Shown one piece after another: positions 11,195 through 19,660 of a stretch of 21,718 nucleotides of DNA. The translations under genes were made by a program, and so were the position numbers. The first letter of the stretch is position 1; each line of letters starts with the position of its first letter. Origin of the DNA: Octopus sinensis (taxonomy: Eukaryota); the NCBI RefSeq assembly GCF_006345805.1, contig NW_021823631.1, positions 1 to 21,718 on the forward strand, read 5' to 3'. Under the pieces are notes generated by a model. That model had not been told where the DNA came from, did not search any database, and saw nothing but the letters and a program-made list of their open reading frames with translations.

Positions 11195-11273
11195 ATTGAT
11201 AGGAAATAATATGCGGGACACGCTCTTCATCAGCTGTCGACTAGTGATCACATCGGTTTCGGCATCTTCCGAT
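11195..11273 (-). repeat. 79-bp segment, copy 2
   Basis: Reverse-complement match to 9135-9213. Confidence 0.9.
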
Positions 11274-11461
11274 CAATCGTTTGATCCCATATTAAAATCA
11301 GTTAAACAAGGAGTCCCCCAAAACACCCAGCTGCACAGGGCCGCACAGGACCGCACAGAAAAAATAAATTTGCAAATTTTATTTCTATTATATTTAATTA
11401 TTTCAGTCTGCGGTGTGTTTTGCATTGTTATTTTATTACTTTTTCTCTTTTTTTTAATTTT

Positions 11462-11530
11462 TTCAGTCATTAAACTGCGGCCATGCTGGAGCACGTCTTT
11501 GAATTTTAGTCAAATAAATCGTCTCCTAGG
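11462..11530 (-). mobile_element. Family A SINE, 3' fragment (diverged)
   Basis: TCAGTCATTAAACTGCGGCCATGCTGGAGCAC matches the A 3' end. Confidence 0.65.
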
Positions 11531-11565
11531 TACAAATTTTCTTTTAAAAATGTAGGACTTATTAT

Positions 11566-12130
11566 ATCGTATTTTGCCCGTCGTCACGTTCTGAGTTCAA
11601 ATTCCGCCGAGGTCGACTTTGCCTTTCATCGTTTCCGGGTCCATAAATTAAGTACCAGTGATGTAATTAACTACTCCCCTCCCCTCAAATTTGAGGCTTT
11701 GTGTCTTCAGTAGAAAAGATTATTGTTATTATTCGAGTGATCAGCTGGCAGATTCATTACGACGCCAGACAAAGAGCTTAGCGACATTTCTTCCGGTTCT
11801 TCTTTGAGTTCAAATATTGTTGAGGTCAACTTTGCTTTTCATCCTTTCAGGGTCAATAAAATAAGTACCACTTGAATACAGGGCTTAATGTACTCGACTA
11901 ACCCCATCCTCCAGAATTTCAAGCCTTTTGCCTTTAATACAAAGAATTATTGATGTGTAACGAAAGCGGGATGTCGGTGGTCGAATCGTTAACCCGTCGG
12001 AAACACGTTTTTTTAATATTTATCATGGCTCTTTGCATTCTGAGTTCGAATCCGGCTAAGATCAATTTTGCTTTTTTTATATATTTTTTTTCTTTTCTAT
12101 TTCGGATTTCAATAAAATAAAATACCAATC
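11566..12130 (+). mobile_element. Cluster of three head-to-tail family D copies of increasing divergence (11566-11730, 11733-11950, ~11955-12130)
   Basis: Recurrent (C/T)TGAGTTC(A/G)AAT B-box followed by ACTTTGC(C/T)TTTCATC...AATAAAATAAGTACC-like core. TTA-type tails end the first two copies. Confidence 0.75.
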
Positions 12131-12349
12131 AAAAACTCTGATCAGTTGTACATCCGACCGTACAATTGTGACCATCCTGACGCTTTTGCTTTCAGCCATA
12201 TTGTAAGCTGGTATACATTATCCAACGTCTTATTGTTTTTTTCTTATTGTCGTGGATTACGGATGGATTTCGCTGGCTTTCCTACCAAGTCTTACAAAGA
12301 TTGTTCAATCTGTCTTCCCACTGGTGTCGGAGACCCTAGAAAGGGTCAA

Positions 12350-12415
12350 GGGCATATGGCGTAGTGGTTAAGAGCGCGGGCTACTAAACCCAAGATTCCG
12401 AGTTCCAGGCAGTGA

Positions 12416-12502
<87 letters not shown>

Positions 12503-12683
12503 CAACAACAACATCAAAAAATACCTTAGGAATGAGAACCCAGGTTCGAAATTTCCCCAAGACACCTGATGAAGGCTGGAGGGTATATCAGCCGAAACGT
12601 TGTGTTAACAACAAACAAGATGAGGACAAACATCCGTCAAATGTAAATAATGTACATAATTCCTCATCTCTTAAATATAGAAC
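12350..12683 (+). mobile_element. Family E: tRNA-like head + (AAT)n/(AAC)n + hammerhead-containing 3' module
   Basis: GGGCATA-TGGCGTAGTGG-TTAAGAGCGCGGG (A-box 12357-12367), a truncated B-box GAGTTCCAGG, the microsatellite at 12420-12512, then ~170 bp with a hammerhead and a hairpin. That the parts form one element is inference, since only one copy is present. Confidence 0.65.
12561..12606 (+). ncRNA. Minimal type I hammerhead ribozyme motif
   Basis: Stem I GACAC (12561-12565) with GUGUU (12602-12606). Core CUGAUGA 12566-12572, then an extra A. Stem II GGCUG/CAGCC with a 10-nt loop. GAAA 12594-12597, palindromic stem III ACGU, predicted cleavage after GUU at 12601. Confidence 0.8.
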
Positions 12684-12960
12684 TGTATTATAGCCCCTTC
12701 TCTTCTGACTAAACCCTAAAAAGAAATTACAGTGTTTCCTCTTGAAAGCCAAGGTAATTGTACTGGCAGTGTAACGAAATGGTGGGGTTACAGAGATAGT
12801 GCAGAGGCGGGTGGAATGAGCATTCTCTATTTCTAATGATATTGACGTCCAGCTTTTTTGTCGTCACGCGCGGTTTGTCAAAGTGTGTGTTTCTGTATGT
12901 GCATGGATGGATGTGTGAGTAGAATATATATATCTATATATATATATATTATATATATTT

Positions 12961-13162
12961 ATTATATAGAAGGAGCTTCTACAGGACTAGAACTGTTCAT
13001 TCAAGAGAATCTTCAGGAAGCTAGTTAACAAGAATTGTATTGGCATTTATACATTTAGGCAGGTTTAAAGGGGTGTTGGTGGGGGGATTTTGGGGGTAGG
13101 CATAGCGCAAAATATCATACTTGGGGGAGTGGTCAAGGAGTCAGTGTTAAATTAGATAGAAG

Positions 13163-13165
<3 letters not shown>
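12961..13165 (-). mobile_element. Short element between (TA)n tracts whose 3' end is the hammerhead-like motif; probable Penelope-like terminal fragment
   Basis: About 200 bp of complex sequence bounded by TA repeats on both sides. The class is inferred from the motif. Confidence 0.45.
12974..13022 (-). ncRNA. Type I hammerhead-like motif with intact stems I and III but a defective core
   Basis: Minus strand: AGCUUC-CUGAAG-AUUC-UCUU-GAAU-GA-ACAG-UUCUAGUC-CUGU-A-GAAGCU. Stem I is 6 perfect bp, stem III 4 perfect bp, and the triplet is GUA. One A of GAAA is missing and stem II would consume A9. Confidence 0.6.
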
Positions 13166-13205
<40 letters not shown>

Positions 13206-13224
13206 TATATATATATATATATAT

Positions 13225-13283
<59 letters not shown>

Positions 13284-13287
13284 AATA

Positions 13288-13332
<45 letters not shown>

Positions 13333-13420
13333 TATATATAATATATATATATATATATTAATATATATATATATATATTATATATATATATATATATATT
13401 ATATATTATATATTATATAT
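13166..13420. repeat. Irregular (TA)n tract, ~255 bp
   Basis: Directly visible, with many TT/AA interruptions. Confidence 0.95.
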
Positions 13421-13719
13421 GGAGGCGCAATGGCCCAGTGGTTAGGGCAGCGGACTCGCGGTCCTAGGATCGCGGTTTCGATTCCCAGACCAGGCGTTGT
13501 GAGTGTTTATTGAGCGAAAACACCTGAAAACCTCCACGACGCTCCGGCAGGGGGTGGTGATCCCTGCTGTACTCTTTCACCACTCTTTCTTCTGTTGGCC
13601 TGCTCGCTTAGCCAGCGGTGTGGCGTCATTCAAAGGCTAAAACAATGCAAGTTTCGCATTGTGACCAGCGATGTGTAGCAACATCTGATAGCCTGGTCGG
13701 TCACGGTGATCACGGTGAT
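13421..13719 (+). mobile_element. tRNA-derived SINE, family C (tail type 1)
   Basis: GGAGGCGCAA-TGGCCCAGTGG-TTAGGGCAGCGGACTCGCGGTCC...GGTTTCGATTCCC. The core GTGTTTATTGAGCGAAAACACCT...CTCCGGCAG is shared with 18289-18575. It ends in CACGGTGAT x2 (13702-13719) and is flanked by (TA)n. Confidence 0.85.
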
Positions 13720-13818
13720 ATATATATATATATATACACACAAACAACACAGAAAGTGAGTTATATTTCTTACATATTCCACATCACACACACGTACAAA
13801 CACACATACACACACACA

Positions 13819-13859
<41 letters not shown>

Positions 13860-13870
13860 TATATATATAT

Positions 13871-14143
13871 AAATATTTCTATTCCTGAGAGTTATACTAA
13901 TACATCTGTTTGTTCTGTGTACACCATCTGTCTTCGTCTTTTGTTTGTTTTTTTCGTAAACTCTCCCTATATATATATATATATATATAATACAAAATGG
14001 GTCATGAACGCAAAACATCCGGACAACTAGGTGATACAAAAAGGGACAACAAAACATCCGGATAGACGATACAAAAATAACAAGGACGGGTCATTCGAAG
14101 CCTTTTATCTTCAGTCAAGAACCGGATCATCCTCGCAATTTCG
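13871..14143. mobile_element. Two short unclassified fragments (13871-13958 and 13989-14143) between TA and GATA tracts
   Basis: Complex sequence bounded by microsatellites. The second fragment has an internal repeat, AAAACATCCGGA x2. Mobile origin is inferred from context only. Confidence 0.35.
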
Positions 14144-14210
<67 letters not shown>

Positions 14211-14216
14211 GATAGA
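14144..14216. repeat. (GATA)n microsatellite
   Basis: Directly visible. Confidence 0.95.
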
Positions 14217-14584
14217 CAGATTAGGAGAGAGAGAAGGGAAAGAGCTAGAAGTGGTGAGAGAGAGGGGGGGGCTACCAGTGCAGAAGGTTCAGGGATTTGT
14301 AATTAATTCTCCACAGTCAAGAAATAGAAATGATTACAAAAATGTATCCGGTGATAAAAATATATACCCTTAATTTCCTTGTCTGGCATGTGTGTATGAG
14401 TGCGTGTGTGTATGTGCGCGCGCGCGTGTTTGTGTTTGTGTGCTGTGGCGTGGGTGTGAAAATGCTTTATCGAATTACGTGCGAAGATATGTGTACGTAT
14501 ATGAAAGTGTTTGGGTCCGGTGAGGTGGGACGGAAAATGTGTACGATGACGCTTATATATGCGTGAGTGTATGTAAGTACGTAC

Positions 14585-15192
14585 GCATGTATGTATATGT
14601 ATATACGTATGTATGTATGTATGTATGTATGTATGTATGTATGTATTATGTATGTATGTATGTATGTATGGATGTGTATGTATGTATGTGTGTATGTACG
14701 AGTACATGTATGTATGTTTGTATGTGAACGTATATATACATGTTTGTGCGTGTGTTTTTATAAATATATATATATGAATAAGAGTACGTATGTATGTATC
14801 TATGTATGTATGTATGTATGTGTGCATATATGTAGTTGAATGCATTTGCATATTGTTGTACGCATATGTGTATGTATGTATGTATGTATGTATGTATGTA
14901 TTATGTATGTATGTATGTATGTATGTATGTGCGTGTGTATGTGTGTATGTATGTATATATGTATGGTGATTGGATATGTATGTATGTAGTATGTATGTAG
15001 TATGTATGTATGTTGGTGTGTGATGTGTGTGGATGTTTATCGCATCCATTTGTGTCTGAAGTAATAATTGTTTGACTGAAAAGAGGATCATATGCGCGTG
15101 TCAATGTGCGTATATATGCGGATAAATATATATTAAGTGAGCTATACATATACACACACATTATACTTACATAAACCCGTGTATATTATATA

Positions 15193-15227
<35 letters not shown>

Positions 15228-15573
15228 ATGTATGTATGTATGTATGTATGTATGTATGTATGTGGTATGTATGATGTGTATGTATGTATGTGTGTATGTA
15301 CGAGTACATGTATGTATGTTTGTATGTGAACGTATATATACATGTTTGTGCGTGGGTTTTTATAAATATATAATATGAATAAGAGTACGTATGTATGTAT
15401 CTATGATGTATGTATGTATGTGTGCATATATGTGTTGAATGCATTTGCATATGTGTACGTATGTGTATGTATGTATGTATGTATGTGTATGTATGTATTA
15501 TGTATGTATGTATGTATGTATGAGGTATGTGCGTGTGTATGTGTGTATGTATGTATATATGTATGTGTATATG

Positions 15574-15604
<31 letters not shown>

Positions 15605-15800
15605 TGTATGTATGTATGTGTGTATGTGTGTGTATGTTTATACGCATCCATTTGTGTCTGAAGTAATTAATTGTTTGACTGAAAAGATGATCATATGCGC
15701 GTGTCAATGTGCGTATATATGCGGATAAATATGTATATATAAGTGAGCTATACATATACACACACATATATACTTACATAAACCCGTGTATATATATATA
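14585..15800. repeat. Tandem duplication of a ~602-607-bp (TATG)n-rich unit
   Basis: Anchors: CGAGTACATG at 14699 and 15301, CGCATCCATTTG at 15041 and 15643, ACTTACATAAACCCG at 15165 and 15772. Confidence 0.9.
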
Positions 15801-15806
15801 TGTGTG

Positions 15807-15838
<32 letters not shown>

Positions 15839-16280
15839 ATGTATGTATGTATGTATGTATGTATGTATATGTGTGTATATATATATATATATTGTGTGTA
15901 GGTGTATCTGTACATATATGGGGGAGGGAGAAAGAGAGAGAGAGAGAGAGAACGAGAGAGAGGGGGCGGGGTGAGATAGAAAGAAAGTACATGTGTACGG
16001 GGACAGCTAACAAGTGAAGGAAGCCGCAACATTCCAGAATACCAAGGCAGGAAATATGGCCGTGTTATAATGAAATATGTAATTCAATATACAAGATCGT
16101 TGCTTGATATATAGATGTGTGTACTCATGCGCGTGTTGTGGGAGGAGGGGGAACGAAAGAGAGAGAAAGAGAGAGGGGTGAAAGTGAGAGAGTAGCGGGA
16201 GAGGGAAGAAAGAGAGAAGGAAGGCTTAGAAGTACTAAAGGAAACGTTATCCATTTTACATTTGACGTTATTTCAATGTA

Positions 16281-16696
16281 TATTTCTTTACTGCTCAGAA
16301 GGGGCTAAACATAGAGGGGACAAACAAGGACAGACGAAGGGATTGAGTCGATTATATCGTCCCCAGTCCGAAACTGGTACTTTATTTATCGACCCCGAAA
16401 GGATGAAAGGCAAAGTTGACCTCGGCGGAATTTGAGCACAGAACGTAACGACAGACGAAATACCTATTTCTTTATTGCCCACAAGGGGCTAAATATAGAG
16501 GGGACAAACAAGGACAGACGAAGGTATTAAGTCGATTACATCGACCCCCAGTGCGAAACTGGTACTTTATTTATCGACCCCGAAAGGATGAAAGGCAAAG
16601 TTGACCTCGGCGGAATTTGAACACAGAACGTAACGACAGACGAAATACCGCTAAGCATTTCGCCCGGCGCGCTAACGTGTCTGCCAGCTCGCCGCC
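16281..16696 (-). mobile_element. Family D SINE dimer with a 10-bp target-site duplication
   Basis: Head on the right and two cores with a 184-bp period (16281 versus 16465). TTTCAATGTA occurs at 16271-16280 and 16697-16706. Confidence 0.9.
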
Positions 16697-17235
16697 TTTC
16701 AATGTAGAAAGACAGTTGTTGTTGTTGTTGCTTAGCCTCAGGTCAGCTCTGCTGACTTGGGATTACAAGACATTCCAGTACTTACTGTCTTCTGTCTTTC
16801 GTACACACGAAACTCATAAACTATGAGTCTCAGATCAGATGGTCCCTTTTTTTAAAATTTTTTATTTTAAAGACCGTAGCGAGTGTATGATCCTGAAGGA
16901 CGTTTCGCTGTTATGTCTAGCAGCCACGTGAAGTTTATAAAGCAAAGTAAGAACCTCTCATTGTTGCAGACTTCGTCGCGGAACAAGAAGATATGCTATC
17001 GATAAACCTTCCCTGGCGATAAGGCTTCAATTTTCTGCAGACCTTCCATCCGTGACCTTAAAAGACCTTCCATCCGTGACTGTCCTGTCTTTACTTCTTT
17101 GTTTCACATACTGAGACAGTCCATTTTTTTCTTTATTCGTTTTCGTTTTTGTTCTGAATGGGCGATTGAGCATATGTGTAGCACATACATTTGGTCGTTA
17201 TAAACAAACCCTTTGTTGAGGTTGTTCAAGAAATT

Positions 17236-17394
17236 GCAAGAGTGGCTGTGTGGTAAGTAGTTTGCTTCCCAACCACATGGTTCTAGGTTCAGACCCACTG
17301 CGTGGCACCTTGGGCAAGTGTCTTCTACTATAGCCTCGGATCGACCAAAGCCTTGTGAGTGGATTTGGTAATCGGAAACTGAAAGAAGCCCTTC

Positions 17395-17430
<36 letters not shown>

Positions 17431-17649
17431 ACATATGTTTGTGTGTCTGTGTTTGTTCCTCCAACATCGCTTGATAACCGATGGTGGTGTGTTTACGTCC
17501 CCGTCACTTAGCAGTTCGGCAACAAACCGACCGATAGAATAAGTACTAAGCTTCCAAAGGATAAGTCCAGGGGGCGATTTGCTCGACTAAAGGCGGTGTT
17601 CCAGCATGGCCGCAGTCAAATGACTGAAACAAGTAAAAGAGTAAAAGAG
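17236..17649 (+). mobile_element. Family A SINE, full length
   Basis: GCAAGAGTGGCTGTGTGGTAAG...GGTTCAGACCC...(TG)n...GAAACAAGTAAAAGAGTAAAAGAG. Confidence 0.92.
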
Positions 17650-17730
17650 CCGTCTTTCTCGGACTACAAGAGACTACTAAACCTGAAATTATACATTTAA
17701 ATTAGTTATTGATTCATATAATGTGAATAT

Positions 17731-19020
17731 TTAATATTTAGCAGTCATGCCCTTTGCATTCTTCACTGTAAGGATCATATAAGGCATGCTACTGATCAGA
17801 TGAAGAATATTCTCTTGGGGAAATTCTTGCCAAGTTTCATGCAGTAATCTCAAAAGATCTGGCTTTGAGGATGCTTTCTTGATCTTTCTACGAGGTGTCC
17901 TGTCCATTATCCCCCAGAGGTGTTCAATAGGGTTCCTATCTGGTGACTAGCTTGGCTATGGAAGTTTTTCAATGCCATTCTTTTCCAACCAAGCTTGGGT
18001 CTTTTTAGCCGTGTGACAAGGAGCCCCGTCTTCCATAACTGAAGAGTCTTCTTTAATCATTTCACCGATGGAGAAGATTGGAAGGAGTCCTTTCTGCAAT
18101 ATGGACACATATTTATCTGAGTTTATGCTTCCATCACACCCCACCAGCTCTGATTGACCATTGTTCCAAATTTCTCCCCAGGCCGTCACAGAATAGCTAT
18201 CTTGTATCATTTCTGGCAGAAATCTTTTCATATAAAATTCTTGATCACAGAGTCTCCAGATGCACACTCGACCACTGTCAGAAAATACCGTTTGTTCCTT
18301 CTCGAACCAAGCCTGGCTCATAAGGGCCGGTTTCCCGGTTTCCTTGGCGTATAGGTACACCACCTGGACGGGACGCCGGTCCGTCGCAGGTGAGCTGCAA
18401 GATGCAGGAGGAAAGAGTGAGAGAAAATTGTGGCGAAAGAGTCAGTAGAAGATTGCCATTACCTTCTGCCGGAGCCGCGTGGAGCTTAGGTGTTTCGCTC
18501 ATAAACACACACATCGCCCGCTCTGAGATTCGAACCTGCGAGTCCGCTGCTCTAACCACTAGGCCATGTGCCTCCACTGTCAAAAAAATACAGCAAATGC
18601 TAGTGACCACTCCATCATCTCACTGGCCTAATTTTTTTCTCCACTTGATATTGGCTGGTTGAAGAAGTGGCTTCCTTCTTGCTGCTTTGCCATAGTAATC
18701 AAGTTTGTGGAGATACATGACAGCTGTTCTAGGACTAATATCAATTTGTTCTGCTATGTCAGATGCCTTGCATGAGGATTAATTTCTCCACTTCACTTAA
18801 CAAAGCAAAGGGTCCTGTCAGAGGGCCCTGGTTGACCTGGGCAAGGTGATATGGATTCTCTCCCCTTTCTGGTGAATTGCACAATCACCCTATTAACTTT
18901 AGAAAACAGGATCGCAAGGTTTTCTGCAATTTTACGCTGACAAAGTCTACCTTCAGAATGACCCACAATACGGCCTCTTTGAAATTTAGACAGTTTCAAG
19001 GCTTCCTTTGTACATGGCAT
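17731..19020 (-). pseudogene. Tc1-family (DD34E) transposase pseudogene, interrupted by a SINE
   Basis: The N-terminal HTH region reads MPCTKEALKLSKFQRGRIVGHSEGRLCQRKIAENL, followed by ASDIAEQIDISPRTAVMYLHKLDYYGKAARRKPLL. The catalytic part is MEDGAPCHTAKKTQAWLEKNGIEKLP*PS*SPDRNPIEHLW, with 34 residues between D and E. The C-terminus is SMPYMILTVKNAKGMTAKY*. Stops and frameshifts are present. Confidence 0.92.
18289..18575 (-). mobile_element. tRNA-derived SINE, family C (tail type 2), inserted in the Tc1 ORF
   Basis: Minus strand GGAGGCACA-TGGCCTAGTGG-TTAGAGCAGCGGACTCGC-AGGTTCGAATC. Imperfect TSD: ACTGTCAGAAAATAC (18274-18288) and ACTGTCAAAAAAATAC (18576-18591). Confidence 0.9.
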
Positions 19021-19117
19021 GATTAAAGTCACATATAGAACCTGAACCATAAAAATTTCCATTAAAAACAAATTATAAACCTTTGCAAGTTGAAATAAAC
19101 ATAAAACAATGTTTTGT

Positions 19118-19150
19118 GGGATGCCTATTTACTTCTGTCATATTTGTGTA
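19118..19150 (-). repeat. Candidate single Tc1 terminal inverted repeat ending at TA
   Basis: Minus strand TA-CACAAATATGACAGAAGTAAATAGG lies ~130 bp upstream of the transposase ATG and abuts a (TA)n tract. Tc1 elements insert at TA. No partner TIR was found. Confidence 0.4.
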
Positions 19151-19154
19151 TATA

Positions 19155-19231
<77 letters not shown>

Positions 19232-19450
19232 CACATATATATAATGTATTTAGAAATAAATGTAGGGATAAGTAAGTTAGACAGATTAATATATAAAGTA
19301 TATTGAATACTTCATATGTATGTCTATACGTATGTATATACATATATGTGTGTATGTGAATATGTGTGTGTATGTGTGTGTATGTGTGTGTATGTGAGCA
19401 TGTATGCGCATGTGTTGCATGTGTGTGTGTGTGTGTGCATGTATACATAT
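19149..19450. repeat. (TA)n followed by (TG/TATG)n tracts
   Basis: Directly visible. Confidence 0.85.
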
Positions 19451-19660
19451 ATTCAGTTTTTGTGTTTAGATCACTAAATTTTGGTTTGGCTGCGGAATGT
19501 AGAAAATTCGAGGTGGTGGAGCAGTATACAAACTCAGCCAGAACATAGGAAAATTGTTATGAATAATTTACTATACACGATTGATACTTTAGAAAAGCAC
19601 TCAATGTCGCCAAAATCAGCGTTTAAATGAATAAAAGGACGTTACTGAGACAAACGATGG

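Noticed and set aside
11329-11358. Three ~10-bp repeats (C(C/T)GCACAG) upstream of 79-bp copy 2
   Set aside because: Too short and unique to interpret, and probably local slippage.
13421-13495. tRNA gene call (also for heads at 170-255, 5500-5575, 12350-12415, 18520-18575)
   Set aside because: A/B boxes and an anticodon-like arm are present, but there is no paired acceptor stem and each head continues into a SINE core.
14090-14146. Hammerhead on the minus strand (CCGAAATT... and CTGAAGA...CGAAT)
   Set aside because: The first motif has only a 3' half, cut by (GATA)n. The second lacks GAAA and stem I.
246-16032. Long ORFs of poly-IY, HT, VC, MYVC, poly-N/I/L (e.g. 14303-15091, 15142-15651, 8056-8423)
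   Set aside because: They are translations of stop-free microsatellite frames, with no domain-like content.
17100-17730. Left TIR of the Tc1 element
   Set aside because: No convincing match to CACAAATATGACAGAAG on either side of the family A copy at 17236-17649.
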